Positions 1-10,300 of a stretch of 24,867 bases of DNA are shown one piece after another. Position 1 is the stretch's first letter. Each line of letters starts with the position of its first letter. A model generated the notes under the pieces. That model was not told where the DNA came from. It saw only the letters and a program-made list of their open reading frames with translations, and did no database searches. The stretch lies in contig JAMDHS010000013.1 of NCBI GenBank assembly GCA_029717555.1, positions 310,001 to 334,867 of the forward strand, given 5' to 3'. This DNA comes from Peribolospora baueri (Eukaryota). A program made the position numbers and the translations under genes.

Positions 1-1790
1 GTGATAAGGACCGGAGAAAGAAGCGGGAGGCCTTGACGACGGCTGTCCTCGTTCTTGTCCTTGTTCTTCTCCGCGCGAAGAGGAAAGTTTGGCCATGACA
101 CCGTCGCCGTCGTAGTCCATGGATCTCGGACGTTGTCGTTGGACAGTCTTTCGGACAGCTGTTGACGTCGCTCCCGTTCCCGTTGCGGCGCCGGACGCGG
201 AAGAGGCTGAAGAAGCGCTGCGCGATGTGGGAGCTGGTGCTGATCCTGCAGACGCACGGCCAGACATTGGGGGAAGTGCCGGCGACGGCGCTCGCGTGGA
301 CAAGGATGCTGGTAGCGTGGAGGCGGCGGCCGAAATCGGAGGTCGCAATCTGGTCGACGAGGCTCGAGATGGCGGTGGTGCGGCTGCCGTTACTGCGTCT
401 CCGCTTCCTTGGCCACTTTCATCTATCATCGTTGCCGCCGCCGCCGCTGTTCCCAGAACGATAAAAGGTATGCCGTCACTCTTCCTGACAAACGCCGGAC
501 ATCATAAACCTCCAGAGTCCGTTATCCTGAAAGGACGTCTCACCACCTCGTCCCCCACCTCGTCCCTTCCCTTTTCCTCTCGTTCCCGTCCCTCCCCTTC
601 CTCTGCTGCTGCCATCGCTAGTTGAAGTAGATGCTCGGGCTGGCGCTTCTTGATCCTGCTCCAGGTCAACGTCCATGGGTATGCCTACCCATGCTTCGAG
701 GCGCTCGAGACGTTCTCCCATAGCCATGAGGAGAATTTGGATCTGCAGCGTTGCGGCCGAATGGTTGTGGATGGAGTTGATCGATAGACGAGGTGGAGGT
801 GAACGAGGTGTGAGACAACGAGAGGACAACGAGCACTTAGCGACGTGCCAGAACACAAAACATGAAAACAGAGAACGGACCCACCTTCCCTATCATCTCC
901 GCATCCACGACGCTCCTTATCTCTTCATCTTTGCCCTTGCCCTTCCCATTCACATTCGAGGATAAGGGGCGGGCGGGAACGTTGGCTTGGGGTAGGCGAT
1001 TTGACGTCGTACCTAGTGGATAACTGAAGAGGATGCGAGCAATGGACATGGTAATGTGTCTTATGAAAAACATGAGACCAAGACAAGAGACTCACATCGA
1101 GACGGCCTGCAGAAGGAGAGTATACGCATCTCTAGTACCCGACGGGACATTAAGAACGCGTCAGGTCGGGGAACCGAATGTCTCGGGAGCACAGCACGAT
1201 AGGAAAAAAAGGCTCACCGAATTCCATCAAGCTTCGTGGATGTCGTCCTGTAGATCTTTCCCACTCGGGACTTGCAGCCCACGCAAGCTAATGGAGCGTA
1301 GGTGCTGAGAGGAAGGAAAGAAAAGATCGGCCGGTGCAAGATGTTTCAGTCCACAAAACGCTAGTGTGTGCCCGATAGGAATACGGAGCGGCGAACAGTA
1401 CCTTCCAAGGTCAGGAGCGTCCCGATCCCTCGATGTAGACAGCTCGGACAGTTTATCGATGTTATCGGTAACAGCTGTGGAATCCGACGACATATACGGC
1501 CAAAGCAGTCAGTGAAATCTCACGCACGCGCACCAGGGTTTCGATTGCTGCGCAGTACCGCTCTCACCTCTCAAAACGACCGCCTGGAGCTCCTGTTTTG
1601 CACAGATCCAGTTCCAAGAGTCGCCCAGAATGAGCCTGCAAGCTTTGCACTGAAAGATAAGAGGGTTGTGCACTGCCGTCGACGTCAACGTCTCCGAGCG
1701 TCGTTGCCAAAGAGCGTCGCCGTCCCCGTGGCCGTATGTGTATACTTGCGAGGCCTCCCCTGCTGGACGAGATGAGGACGAACGGGCCAT
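1..1790 (-). CDS. mis18: Mis18 (Yippee/Mis18 zinc-binding domain) centromere-licensing protein; 3' end lies outside the window. Exons 1790-1568, 1474-1402, 1304-1218, 1131-1096, 1023-885, 742-544, 446-<1
   Basis: Spliced translation gives PLIFQCKACRLILGDSWNW ... STYAPLACVGCKSRVGKIYRTTSTKLDGIRDAYTL ... IYPLG, i.e. two CxxC pairs and the Mis18 pattern, followed by the helix IQILLMAMGERLERLE. All six introns are GT-AG and phase-consistent. Confidence 0.88.
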
Positions 1791-2163
1791 AGCCTGTCGC
1801 CGCCGTTATTGCCCGGCAAAGTCAATTAAAGACGTCCAGTGACGATGCCTTCGTCTTGAGTTGTGCCCGATATGGCGCTAAAGACGCGCCTCTTTCCACG
1901 GTCGTGTACGATGACTGCGGCAAGCGAGGCCCCGGCTCGGCGCCTTATTTCTCCACGGCCGCCGCCGGTTCGCGAGCATTGTCACTTCGCCTCTCCCTTC
2001 CATTCCGAGTTGGCCCTGCTTTTCACTTCAAACCCTCGCTTTCAATTTGGACGGCAGGCTTTGCCTCGTAGTACGGCGCGTCGGTAGGAGCTTTCCTCAA
2101 CAGCTTCTCCGCTTTTGGAGCAACCGACGTCGACTGCTGCGCCCGATTTGGCTCACTTTCAAC

Positions 2164-2987
2164 ATGTCCAGCCCCTCCTCTTGCTCGCCCTTTTCCAGCT
2201 ACGATCAGCCTGCTGATGATGTGGATATCCCTGTGCATCCAGCTTTTGATCATGCGGATGCCGATTTCTGTATAGTGTCCAAGGCGACCCCTTCCAGCCC
2301 GAGCAAGGTCTTCCGCGTCCACAAGGCCAACATGAAGGTGCACAGCACCATCTTTGTTCGACATGCCGCAAAAGCGAAATAGTCCTCCAGTTTTACTCTT
2401 GGAGGAAGACGCGGACGCCGCTTCTTTTTCCGTTTATCTACAACCTCCCTGCGCCCCCGCTCCCACTTACCAGAGAACTGCTTTTCAATGCCTGCGACGC
2501 TGCTGAGAAGTATGACATCAACAGTGCAAAGAATCACCTCGATCTGCTCATGATTACCCTTGCGGGCGAACCCGACTATCTCAAAGCCGCGGGACTCGTT
2601 GAGCAAAGCTCTTCTGATCGTGGCACTACTAGCTCTTCGTCCGTGCCCTGGTGGTGGGACCCTTGCACTCGATACGCCTACGCATGCAAGTGGGGTCCGA
2701 AAGCGGCGCAACAAGCGACTTTGTATGAGACGCTGTATCATTCGCTTCTGAATATCAGCGACACTACCATTGAACAGATGGGCTTGGGGAACTACCGGAC
2801 CCTCGTTGAGCTGCATTACTGCATTATCACGAGAAAGATCGGAGGGGAACCGCAACAACAATGGCTGGCCCGGCTCCCTGGTTCGGTATCCGCGTATTTC
2901 CCCTCTGACTCCTCTGACTTCGCCACATGGATTTCTGCGCTGAAGGAGAATGCTCCTCCGCTTTCCATAATGAGCCCGTCCGGCTGA
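2164..2987 (+). pseudogene. Fungal BTB/POZ-domain protein gene interrupted by two frameshifts (~2356 and ~2420); pseudogene or assembly error
   Basis: BTB-like segments occur in three successive frames: FDHADADFCIVS...FRVHKANMKVHSTIF (stop 2380-2382), FDMPQKRNSPPVLLLEEDADA (from 2357), and LLFPFIYN...NACDAAEKYDI...DPCTRYAYACKWG (from 2421 to TGA 2985-2987). Confidence 0.7.
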
Positions 2988-3816
2988 TGAGGCTAGATTG
3001 GCTCTGCCTCATGGCCCGCGCGCTCACTGCCGGTCTCGTTCCCGTCGTCATCATCTCTCACTCGTTTTCAGCCCTTACGCCTCTTTCCCTAGTCCTTATG
3101 CCCTTTTTACCGGTGTCCATGACACATGCACAGTGCCCAGAAGTGGACGACCGATATGCTCAGTGTTTCCACCGTGTCGTTCGATGAAATTCATGTGTAC
3201 CGATGTTTGTGCGAATAGTTTACACGAGTGCGTAAATGTTCTGCGCGCTATGGCTTTTGCGACTTAGAAATATGTCCCGCATCCTGTAAGCACGACGAGA
3301 GCGTCTAAATCAGAAGTGTGCCAGAAGGAATGAGGCTGGACAGCTGCAGGGCCTTCAAATCGAAGTCAGGTCGAAGACGAGAACTCATCCGCCTGCAGAG
3401 GGTCAGCTTGAAAGCCACAACAAGATTGCGGACATACTTAACCGGAAAAGTCAGGATATGATACTGTGGAGCAGACGATGGATATCGAGGAAGAATTCAA
3501 GACGTCTGCGATCCCTTTGCGTATCGTCATAGTTGTCCAGATCCGGCGCCGCCTTTCGGAAGAACTCCTTTTCGAGGATCCGCTTCGCGGATGCGCCGCT
3601 CCTTTCTCGTCGCTCCCCGCAGCTCTGGTGTGTGTCTCCTGTCTCCTCATCGCTCCAAAACGGCTTCCCATGGTCGGGCCGTGGGTCTGCGTTGCTTCTC
3701 ATCCTGTCTAAATAAACATGGCGTGGTCTGAGTGGGACTGGCTATAGCTCTGCGTCTTGTCCGATCACGCACACATCGCCGCCTGTAGCCGCGTTCGTGC
3801 GACGTCGAGTCGACAG

Positions 3817-6800
3817 ATGACCAGCATCACGTTTGGTTCTTCCTCCCACAATTTCACCCTTCCCAACGTTCCCAACCCTGCGACCTGGGCCCCCAAAATT
3901 GTCGCAAGCAAGCTGTCGTTCCCTCTTCTCCCTCAAGGGAGCGCGGCTGCGCTCGGCTGGTGGCAATCTTCAACTGTGCTTCGTGCGATCGCTCCCCATC
4001 TTACCTCTCTCTCCACGTCCACCACAGCCGGCGCAGTTAGGAGGATCGTCTCTACCACCGCAGGCCGTTACCAACGTCGACGCAGGATGTCTATCCAAAC
4101 ACCCGCGGTCCCTTTTGGACATTTACATGCCCCTGGCCAGCAAGACTTTGTCGACTTTAATGATGCAGCGGACACCTCCGCCGACTTGGGCCAACCTGGT
4201 CCTTCGTCTTCGCCTCCTGGGCAGAAATCGTCTGCCGATCGCCGCCGAAACTCCATAGGTTCCAAAAGGCAGGGAGCTGCGTCTTCTCCAGTATTGCGCT
4301 CACGGAGGTTGGTCAGTAATCATACGCCACCTTCTCGACTATCGTCCGCTCGGCCCTCTGTCGGCTCCTTTCCCCCCATGACCCGCTCGCGCGTATTCGT
4401 CAAAGGCGTCCACCCTGGCGTCTTCTCGGGAGATTCCCTCTGGAACGCTCTCACTCAGTCTTTTGGACGCGTGACCGACTACGACGTCCAGTACGCAAAA
4501 GGCGTCGCTTACGTAGAATTCGACTCCGTTGAAGCGGCGTCCAAAGCTGTCGCTGCTGGGAATCTGCGGGTGGGGAATGGCAAGTATGTTGGGATCGAGG
4601 AGATAAAGTCCAAGGAAAGGCTTCGTCAAGAGGCGCAAGCGACCGCTACGAGGCAATGGAGGCACGAAAGGAAAGGGCCAGTACCTCATGTTTTAGGGCC
4701 GAGCAAGGGGAGCCTAGCTTCTCTTGAGCGGCACACGGCGAAGTCCGGCGGAGGTCTTGATCCGGCGCTGAGAGGGACGGCAGGCTCGTATCATCCAAGG
4801 TCGGAAGGACTTGCGAGGCGAAGCCATGGTCGGGAGCGTCTCCGTGGGTTTGCCGGTGCGGATGATTTGGGAGCGCCTGTGCGTCGTGACGCAGAGAATG
4901 AGCCTTCCGCAAAATGGGAGGATAAAGCGCAGGCCCTTTCCGATCCGGCGGACGAGGATAGGCTGTACAGGAGTTCCGGCTCAGCGTTCGGGTGTCAATT
5001 GCGGAAGTTGTCCGAGGTGAACAAATACGTTGCGCTCGTCAGAGGAATCTCAAGGATATTCCTCCCTTTTATTCCGTCCTCTGACGTTCCTCTGTCATGT
5101 TTCTGTACGTCATGTTTCCCTGCACAGATATCAGCACCCACTCAACGCGCCCTCGCTATCCGGCACGACGTCACCATGCTCGTGCAGAGTCTCCTTCGGC
5201 GTCGTTGGGGTGGCGTCCGAGTCGCCGCCTTCGGCTCCTCCGCCACTGGGCTCACTTCCAATTCTTCCGACCTCGACTTGGTCCTCCTCGACCCTCGTCG
5301 CCCTGGCGGCTCTGCCGCTCCTGTTCCAGACCAAACAAAAAGACTTTTAGATGGCGAGAACCCTCCGATGCGGTACGAGCGAGAGGTGGAGCTCCCGAGC
5401 TTTTACAACGTGAGAGCCGTCGCAAGGATCCTTCAGAGCAGCGGCATGTTCAGCGACGTTGATCCGATCGCCCATGCTAACGTGCCTATTGGTGAGCGCC
5501 ATGGTCTCCCTGCTTGTGTGTGTCTTCCTTTCAGACTCGCAGCTGATCTCTGCACCTATACACGTGCCATTCTATCCCCGCATGAAACTTTGCTTTCAGT
5601 GAAATTTGTCCATCGATCATCTGGGCTGCCGGGAGACATCAACATCAACGATCGCTTCGGCCTCCATAATAGCACGCTCATCCGCACTTATTGCGATCTA
5701 CGCAAGAACCTGGTCCGTCCCCTCATCACGTTCGTCAAAGTTTGGGCGAAACGGAGAGGGCTGAATGATCCTAGTGTCGCGTCTCGGACTCCGTCGTTCT
5801 CAAGCTACACTTTGACGCTGATGTGAGTGCTTGCTTTGTTGGATCCGATGTGACGACCATTGGTGTAATTGGCCCAAATTTTGGAACTCGTCTCTCCCGA
5901 CAGGGTCATCCACTACCTCCAACACGTCAAGCTCCTGCCAAACCTCCAATCCCCCTCGCTTCTTAACGAGCATCGCATCGAACCCCACTACGTCTGGCAA
6001 CAAATTCGCAGCAGGCGTCCGCGACAAAGCCGAAAGCGGGCTTTGTCGTCACCTCGAACCGTTCACGACGTTTCCTTCATACCCCAGCCCATCGCCTCTG
6101 CGAACCTGCCCTCTCCGGCCCCGTCGTTTCCGACCAAAGGGGTTGAGGCATTAGAGCGGATGGCTCGTGGGTTCTTCGAGTACTATCTCCAGTTCGACAC
6201 TGTGAATTGGGCCATCAGTATTAAGGAAGATGGCGAGGGTGGCATGTTGAAGAGGGATGTCCCGTACAGCGGCGACAAGGGAAGTGGGGCGGTGGGAGCC
6301 AGCGATGTGGATGAAGCTCAGGCGGAATTGGTTAGAACGGAGGAGGCTCCCCTAGTGGCCGACATCGCCTCCAAACCCGTCGCTGGCGGCGAGTTGCTGG
6401 CGGAGGAAGGCAAAGAGGATGCCGACGTGGTCGCAGAGGATCCCGTCGTGGCTACCGTCGATCAACAACCCTCGGCCGGTCTAACCTCCGTTCCAGCCAC
6501 GGAAGACTACATACCCCCAACCGTACCTACGCGCGACGGTGTGCCGACGAAGCAACCAAAGGAGTGGAGTACTCATCCTCTCGTGGTACAGGATCCTTTT
6601 CTCACCGAGCGCAACACGGCCAGGAATGTCAGGGACGTCGTGGTGGAGGTGTTTTTTGAGGTGAGGGACCGATTTTGGAACGCTCCAATCCATTATCATG
6701 TTTGAAGACGCGATGCATCGTCCTGACCACATTTATCCCATCTGCCTCCTGCCCCTTCCGCTTTGCTCTCCCGTCGTCACTTCGCCCTCGTGCAGGAGAT

Positions 6801-6933
6801 GGAGCGGGCGCGGAGTCTCCTCTCGGCACCGGACCCTTCGCTGGCCGAGATTATCGCTCAAAGCGAGCCACGCTATTTCAAAAAACGCGGCAGGAAAAAG
6901 AACAAGGGTAACGCTAAGTTGAATGCAGTATAA
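3817..6933 (+). CDS. Non-canonical poly(A)/poly(U) RNA polymerase (Cid1/TUTase/TENT family) with N-terminal RRM, ~893 aa. Exons 3817-5016, 5128-5491, 5600-5822, 5904-6660, 6796-6933
   Basis: RRM: RVFVKGV and KGVAYVEFDSVEAASKAV. Pol-beta NTase: AFGSSATGL...SDLDLVL and ANVPI|VKF...GDININDRFGLHNS. PAP-associated region: VRPLITFVKVWAKRRGLND, FSSYTLTLMVIHYLQ, LVVQDPFLTERNTAR, EMERARSLL. Four GT-AG introns are phase-consistent. The start codon is uncertain (3817 is the first in-frame ATG, 4087 the second). Confidence 0.9.
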
Positions 6934-7355
6934 GTAATTATTTGGAGCAAAAATCAAAGAAGTGTCGAGGAAGAGGGGAAAGAAAGAAAGTATGGCTAGG
7001 CAAAAGCGCCAATAGCCTCTCAACGCCTACAGCATCCCCACCAGTGATTGATGATGATAATGACAGAAAACGAAGGACAGGCTGATGGACGAAGGTGGCG
7101 CACTAACCATATCCTCCTTCCTCTCTGCGACCACTCCCGCCTATGCTGTCAGTGGGAAGCTTGTTGTTATCGTGGACAGACTGGCCGTGATATCGTGTAG
7201 ACTCTGGAAAAGCACTGCTTAACGCGAGATCAACTAGCGAGCATAAGATTCCGCACGAGGTATTATCCTAATCATACAAGAAACGGGTCGGTGCTGTGCA
7301 AAGGCAAACGTGACCAGGAAGGGGAGTCGATGTCTTCCGGCGAGCGCGAACCTCC

Positions 7356-10300
7356 TCATCGCGAGGACGGGTCGGTGCCGTAGAGTCGCACAACCAGCGG
7401 TATGCAAGCTGAGTTTTCGGATTGCGAGAAGTAGGTGATCACGTCACGGTGCATCTGCGATGCGAGCGAAAGGAGGAAGCCAGGAAGAAAGCGAAGGATT
7501 ACAGTCGAAGGTCGGTCGGTCGGTCAGTCCGTCATGCACAAACACTAGGAAGGCGAGGCTGACCGCCAAAACATCCTATGGGGACGCAGTACTAGTTCGC
7601 AAGATACTCACGTCGCTATTTTTCTTCCAGTTGCTCTCAAACCTCTCAAAGAAGTCCCATCCTTCCCTCAAATGCTTCTGCGCCTTCTCCAGATCTGCCT
7701 CTGCGCCCTGCTCGTCCCCCCGCAGATCTTTCGCCCGAGAGGATTGAATGAGCTCTGTGAGCAGCTCAGCTCGTTTGGTCAGTCGGCCGACGTAGCGAGC
7801 AAAAGTCATCGCTGTAGCGAGCAGCTTGGAATGGGCCTGCGGCACGAGAAAATAAGAGTGAAAGGTGGAGAGGTATTCAGTCGTCATCAATTATGCCTCC
7901 TGACCATACTGCTGCCCACGGAAAGCGGGTGGACCTCTTTACCATTAGGAGCTTAGATTGGGTGAGCATACACTCCTTCAAACAAGTGTTCAGAAAGTCG
8001 TCGTGGTGGGCCATGAGCTGATCGACGGTGCGAACCTTGACGAGCCGACTCTCGAGCGTCCTCCAATTAGGCTCAATGACCTCATAGGCAGAGTATCCGA
8101 GCACCTGCTGCATCCAGAACAGCATCTTGGCGCGAAGGGCGAATATACGTGCCTTCCACATCTCCAACTCCGCGTGGTGCGAGTTGGTGCGCCAAACCGA
8201 ACTGTTGTGCTCCGTCCACACCTCTGCCAGTTGCATCTCACCGCACTTTAGATGAATGAGGTAGCGGAGAAGAAGCTGGTACCGTAATAGGTACTTGCGC
8301 GAGATGACCAGGGACAGAGGGAATTTGACAGAGAAGTCGAAGACAAGAGCCTCAAACCCTGACAAAGGCACCGGTCCAGGACCGAGGAGAAAAGAAGGTT
8401 CAGCGGACGACCAGAGTGATGTGAATCTGCCAAGCTCGGCTCACCAGTCATGGGGCGCTCTTCGGCCAGCATCTTCTTCACGGCATTGGACTGTGCTTCA
8501 GCCCGCCTGCCCGCATCTTCATCTGGATCCGGCGAATCCAGCAAGGCGCCCTTGACGGCATTGACGCGAAGGAGCCACTTGTAGAGGTTCTCACTCGCCA
8601 AACCGACCTTTACGTCATCTTTGAAGGGGTCGCGTACGGTCGCCGAGCCAGGATTCCGCAGTGTCAGCTCGAGGAGCGACTGAAGTTTGACGATGGACAC
8701 CTTGCTGACATCCTTCTGGAGCTCCCGGGCTGAAGCGTCGGCGAAAGTGGTGAAGAAGTCGCCTTGATCAAGGAAGAAATAGCGCTTAAGCGAGCGCAGA
8801 CGAGGAAGAAGCTCTTGACGGTCAACAAGGAGCTTGAGTAGAGCTCGATTGGCCTTCGTGTAGGCTTCCTCTATGCGACGGTAGAAGCTAAAGGATTGTC
8901 GACAAAAGAATTGTGAGTCAGACGACATACCGAACTGACCTAAAAGAAGGACTGGGTACTAACCCTTCGTCGTTCATGGCGACCAGCTCCTCCGCTTTGC
9001 CTTTCCGCTTAGCTGCCCCACTCCGTCGTCCGGTAGGTTCCTCGTCGACGCGCACCTCGCCGGCTGCCTCAGCCACCTCGTCCATTCCGCACTCCCTAAG
9101 CACATTCAGATACTTGCCCGCTAGCAAAATCTTGCCCTTCCAAAACTCCAAGAACGGAGGGATCCGCGCACCGCCTTTGAGAGCCGACGCATCATCCTTC
9201 TTCTTTCCTTTGAACGTCGCCTTCTGCTTCTCCTGTGAACCGTCGCGCAGTGTGTAGCGGCGGTCCCAATAGTCGTCCGAGTAATCGCGCTCGAGGGAGC
9301 CGCGGGTGATGTGCTTCGATTCAGCGACCATGAACTCGCCATAGGTGTCGTGCAAAATGCCAGAGTCGATCCATCGGACGAGCATGTGCGCGTAAGGCTG
9401 GGAGGCACGAAGGAGGAGGGATTGATACAGCTGGAGCGCTGCCGGGTCGCTGTAGACGGAAGATGATCGCCGGTATGAGTCTTCAGAACCAGGACGATTC
9501 TAGACCATGATTAAAAGTGCAAGGACTCACCCGCTCATCTTCATCATTCTCTCCCAGATGGCTGTGAGCACCTCTCCACCTTTGACCACACCCGGAAGGT
9601 CCTCCTGCCCGCCTTCCATCTCCTTCAGAACCCTCTCAAACGCATCGGCCTCGTAATCCTTCTCATCGTCGCTGAAAGAGTCACTATTGGAGCTATCCTC
9701 TCCCTCGCTTGCGTCCAAGTCTTCGATCATATCCTTGGTCAACTCGGAGGTGAGACCGTGAACAAGAGAAAGGGTGTGCAGAGTAGGGTGTACGTAGAAC
9801 CAAAACTTTTGGAGGGTGAAGGATGGTGAAGTATTGAACTGGTGCTCAAGTTGCGCAAGCAGGACTTGATACTCCTGTCCTTCCGGAAAGACGGGCGTCA
9901 GGAATGGCAAAAAGATTGACCCTAGGGAACAAAGAGAATGGTCGTCTTGGTGCCGGACTGACCTTAAGAACGTCCCTGATGGCGGCGCAGAGAGCATGAT
10001 TGACCGTCCCGTATTCCATGTCGCTTTCCATCTCAACGAAAGCGTCGATGGACGTGAAATACGTGGCCAAAGGAATGATGCGGTCAACAAGGTCACGGAG
10101 GGAAGAATCTAGGAAAAGTCACTAAGTCAGCTCGACGGTCCACAAAATAGCATCAATTGAAACGTTGCGATGAGCAGTCTCACCGATGGAGGGGTCCATG
10201 ACGAAACGAGCACCTCGCAACCTCCACTGCTCGTCCGTGGGATCATAGGAGGAATCGAATTCGATGTATTGCCCTTCGATGCCCTGACACAACACAACAA

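Noticed and set aside
119..625. 168-aa plus-strand ORF (likewise 10170-10685 +, 11452-12111 -, 2250-2861 -)
   Set aside because: In-register antisense mirrors of real exons on the opposite strand.
2356..2390. 35-nt GT-AG intron that would restore the BTB reading frame
   Set aside because: It is much shorter than the other introns here, has a weak donor (GTTCGA), and would replace the BTB-like FDMPQ...EEDAD segment with FYSWRKTRTP. Not fully excluded without RNA data.
3757..5826. 689-aa ORF taken as a complete unspliced protein
   Set aside because: It begins at TTG, reads through two stop-free introns and ends at intron 3. The spliced model restores ANVPIVKF and LMVIHYLQ.
7051..7085. Box C (ATGATGA) and box D (CTGA)-like motifs
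   Set aside because: Part of a TGA-triplet stretch in convergent 3' UTRs, with short spacing and no evident terminal stem or rRNA guide.
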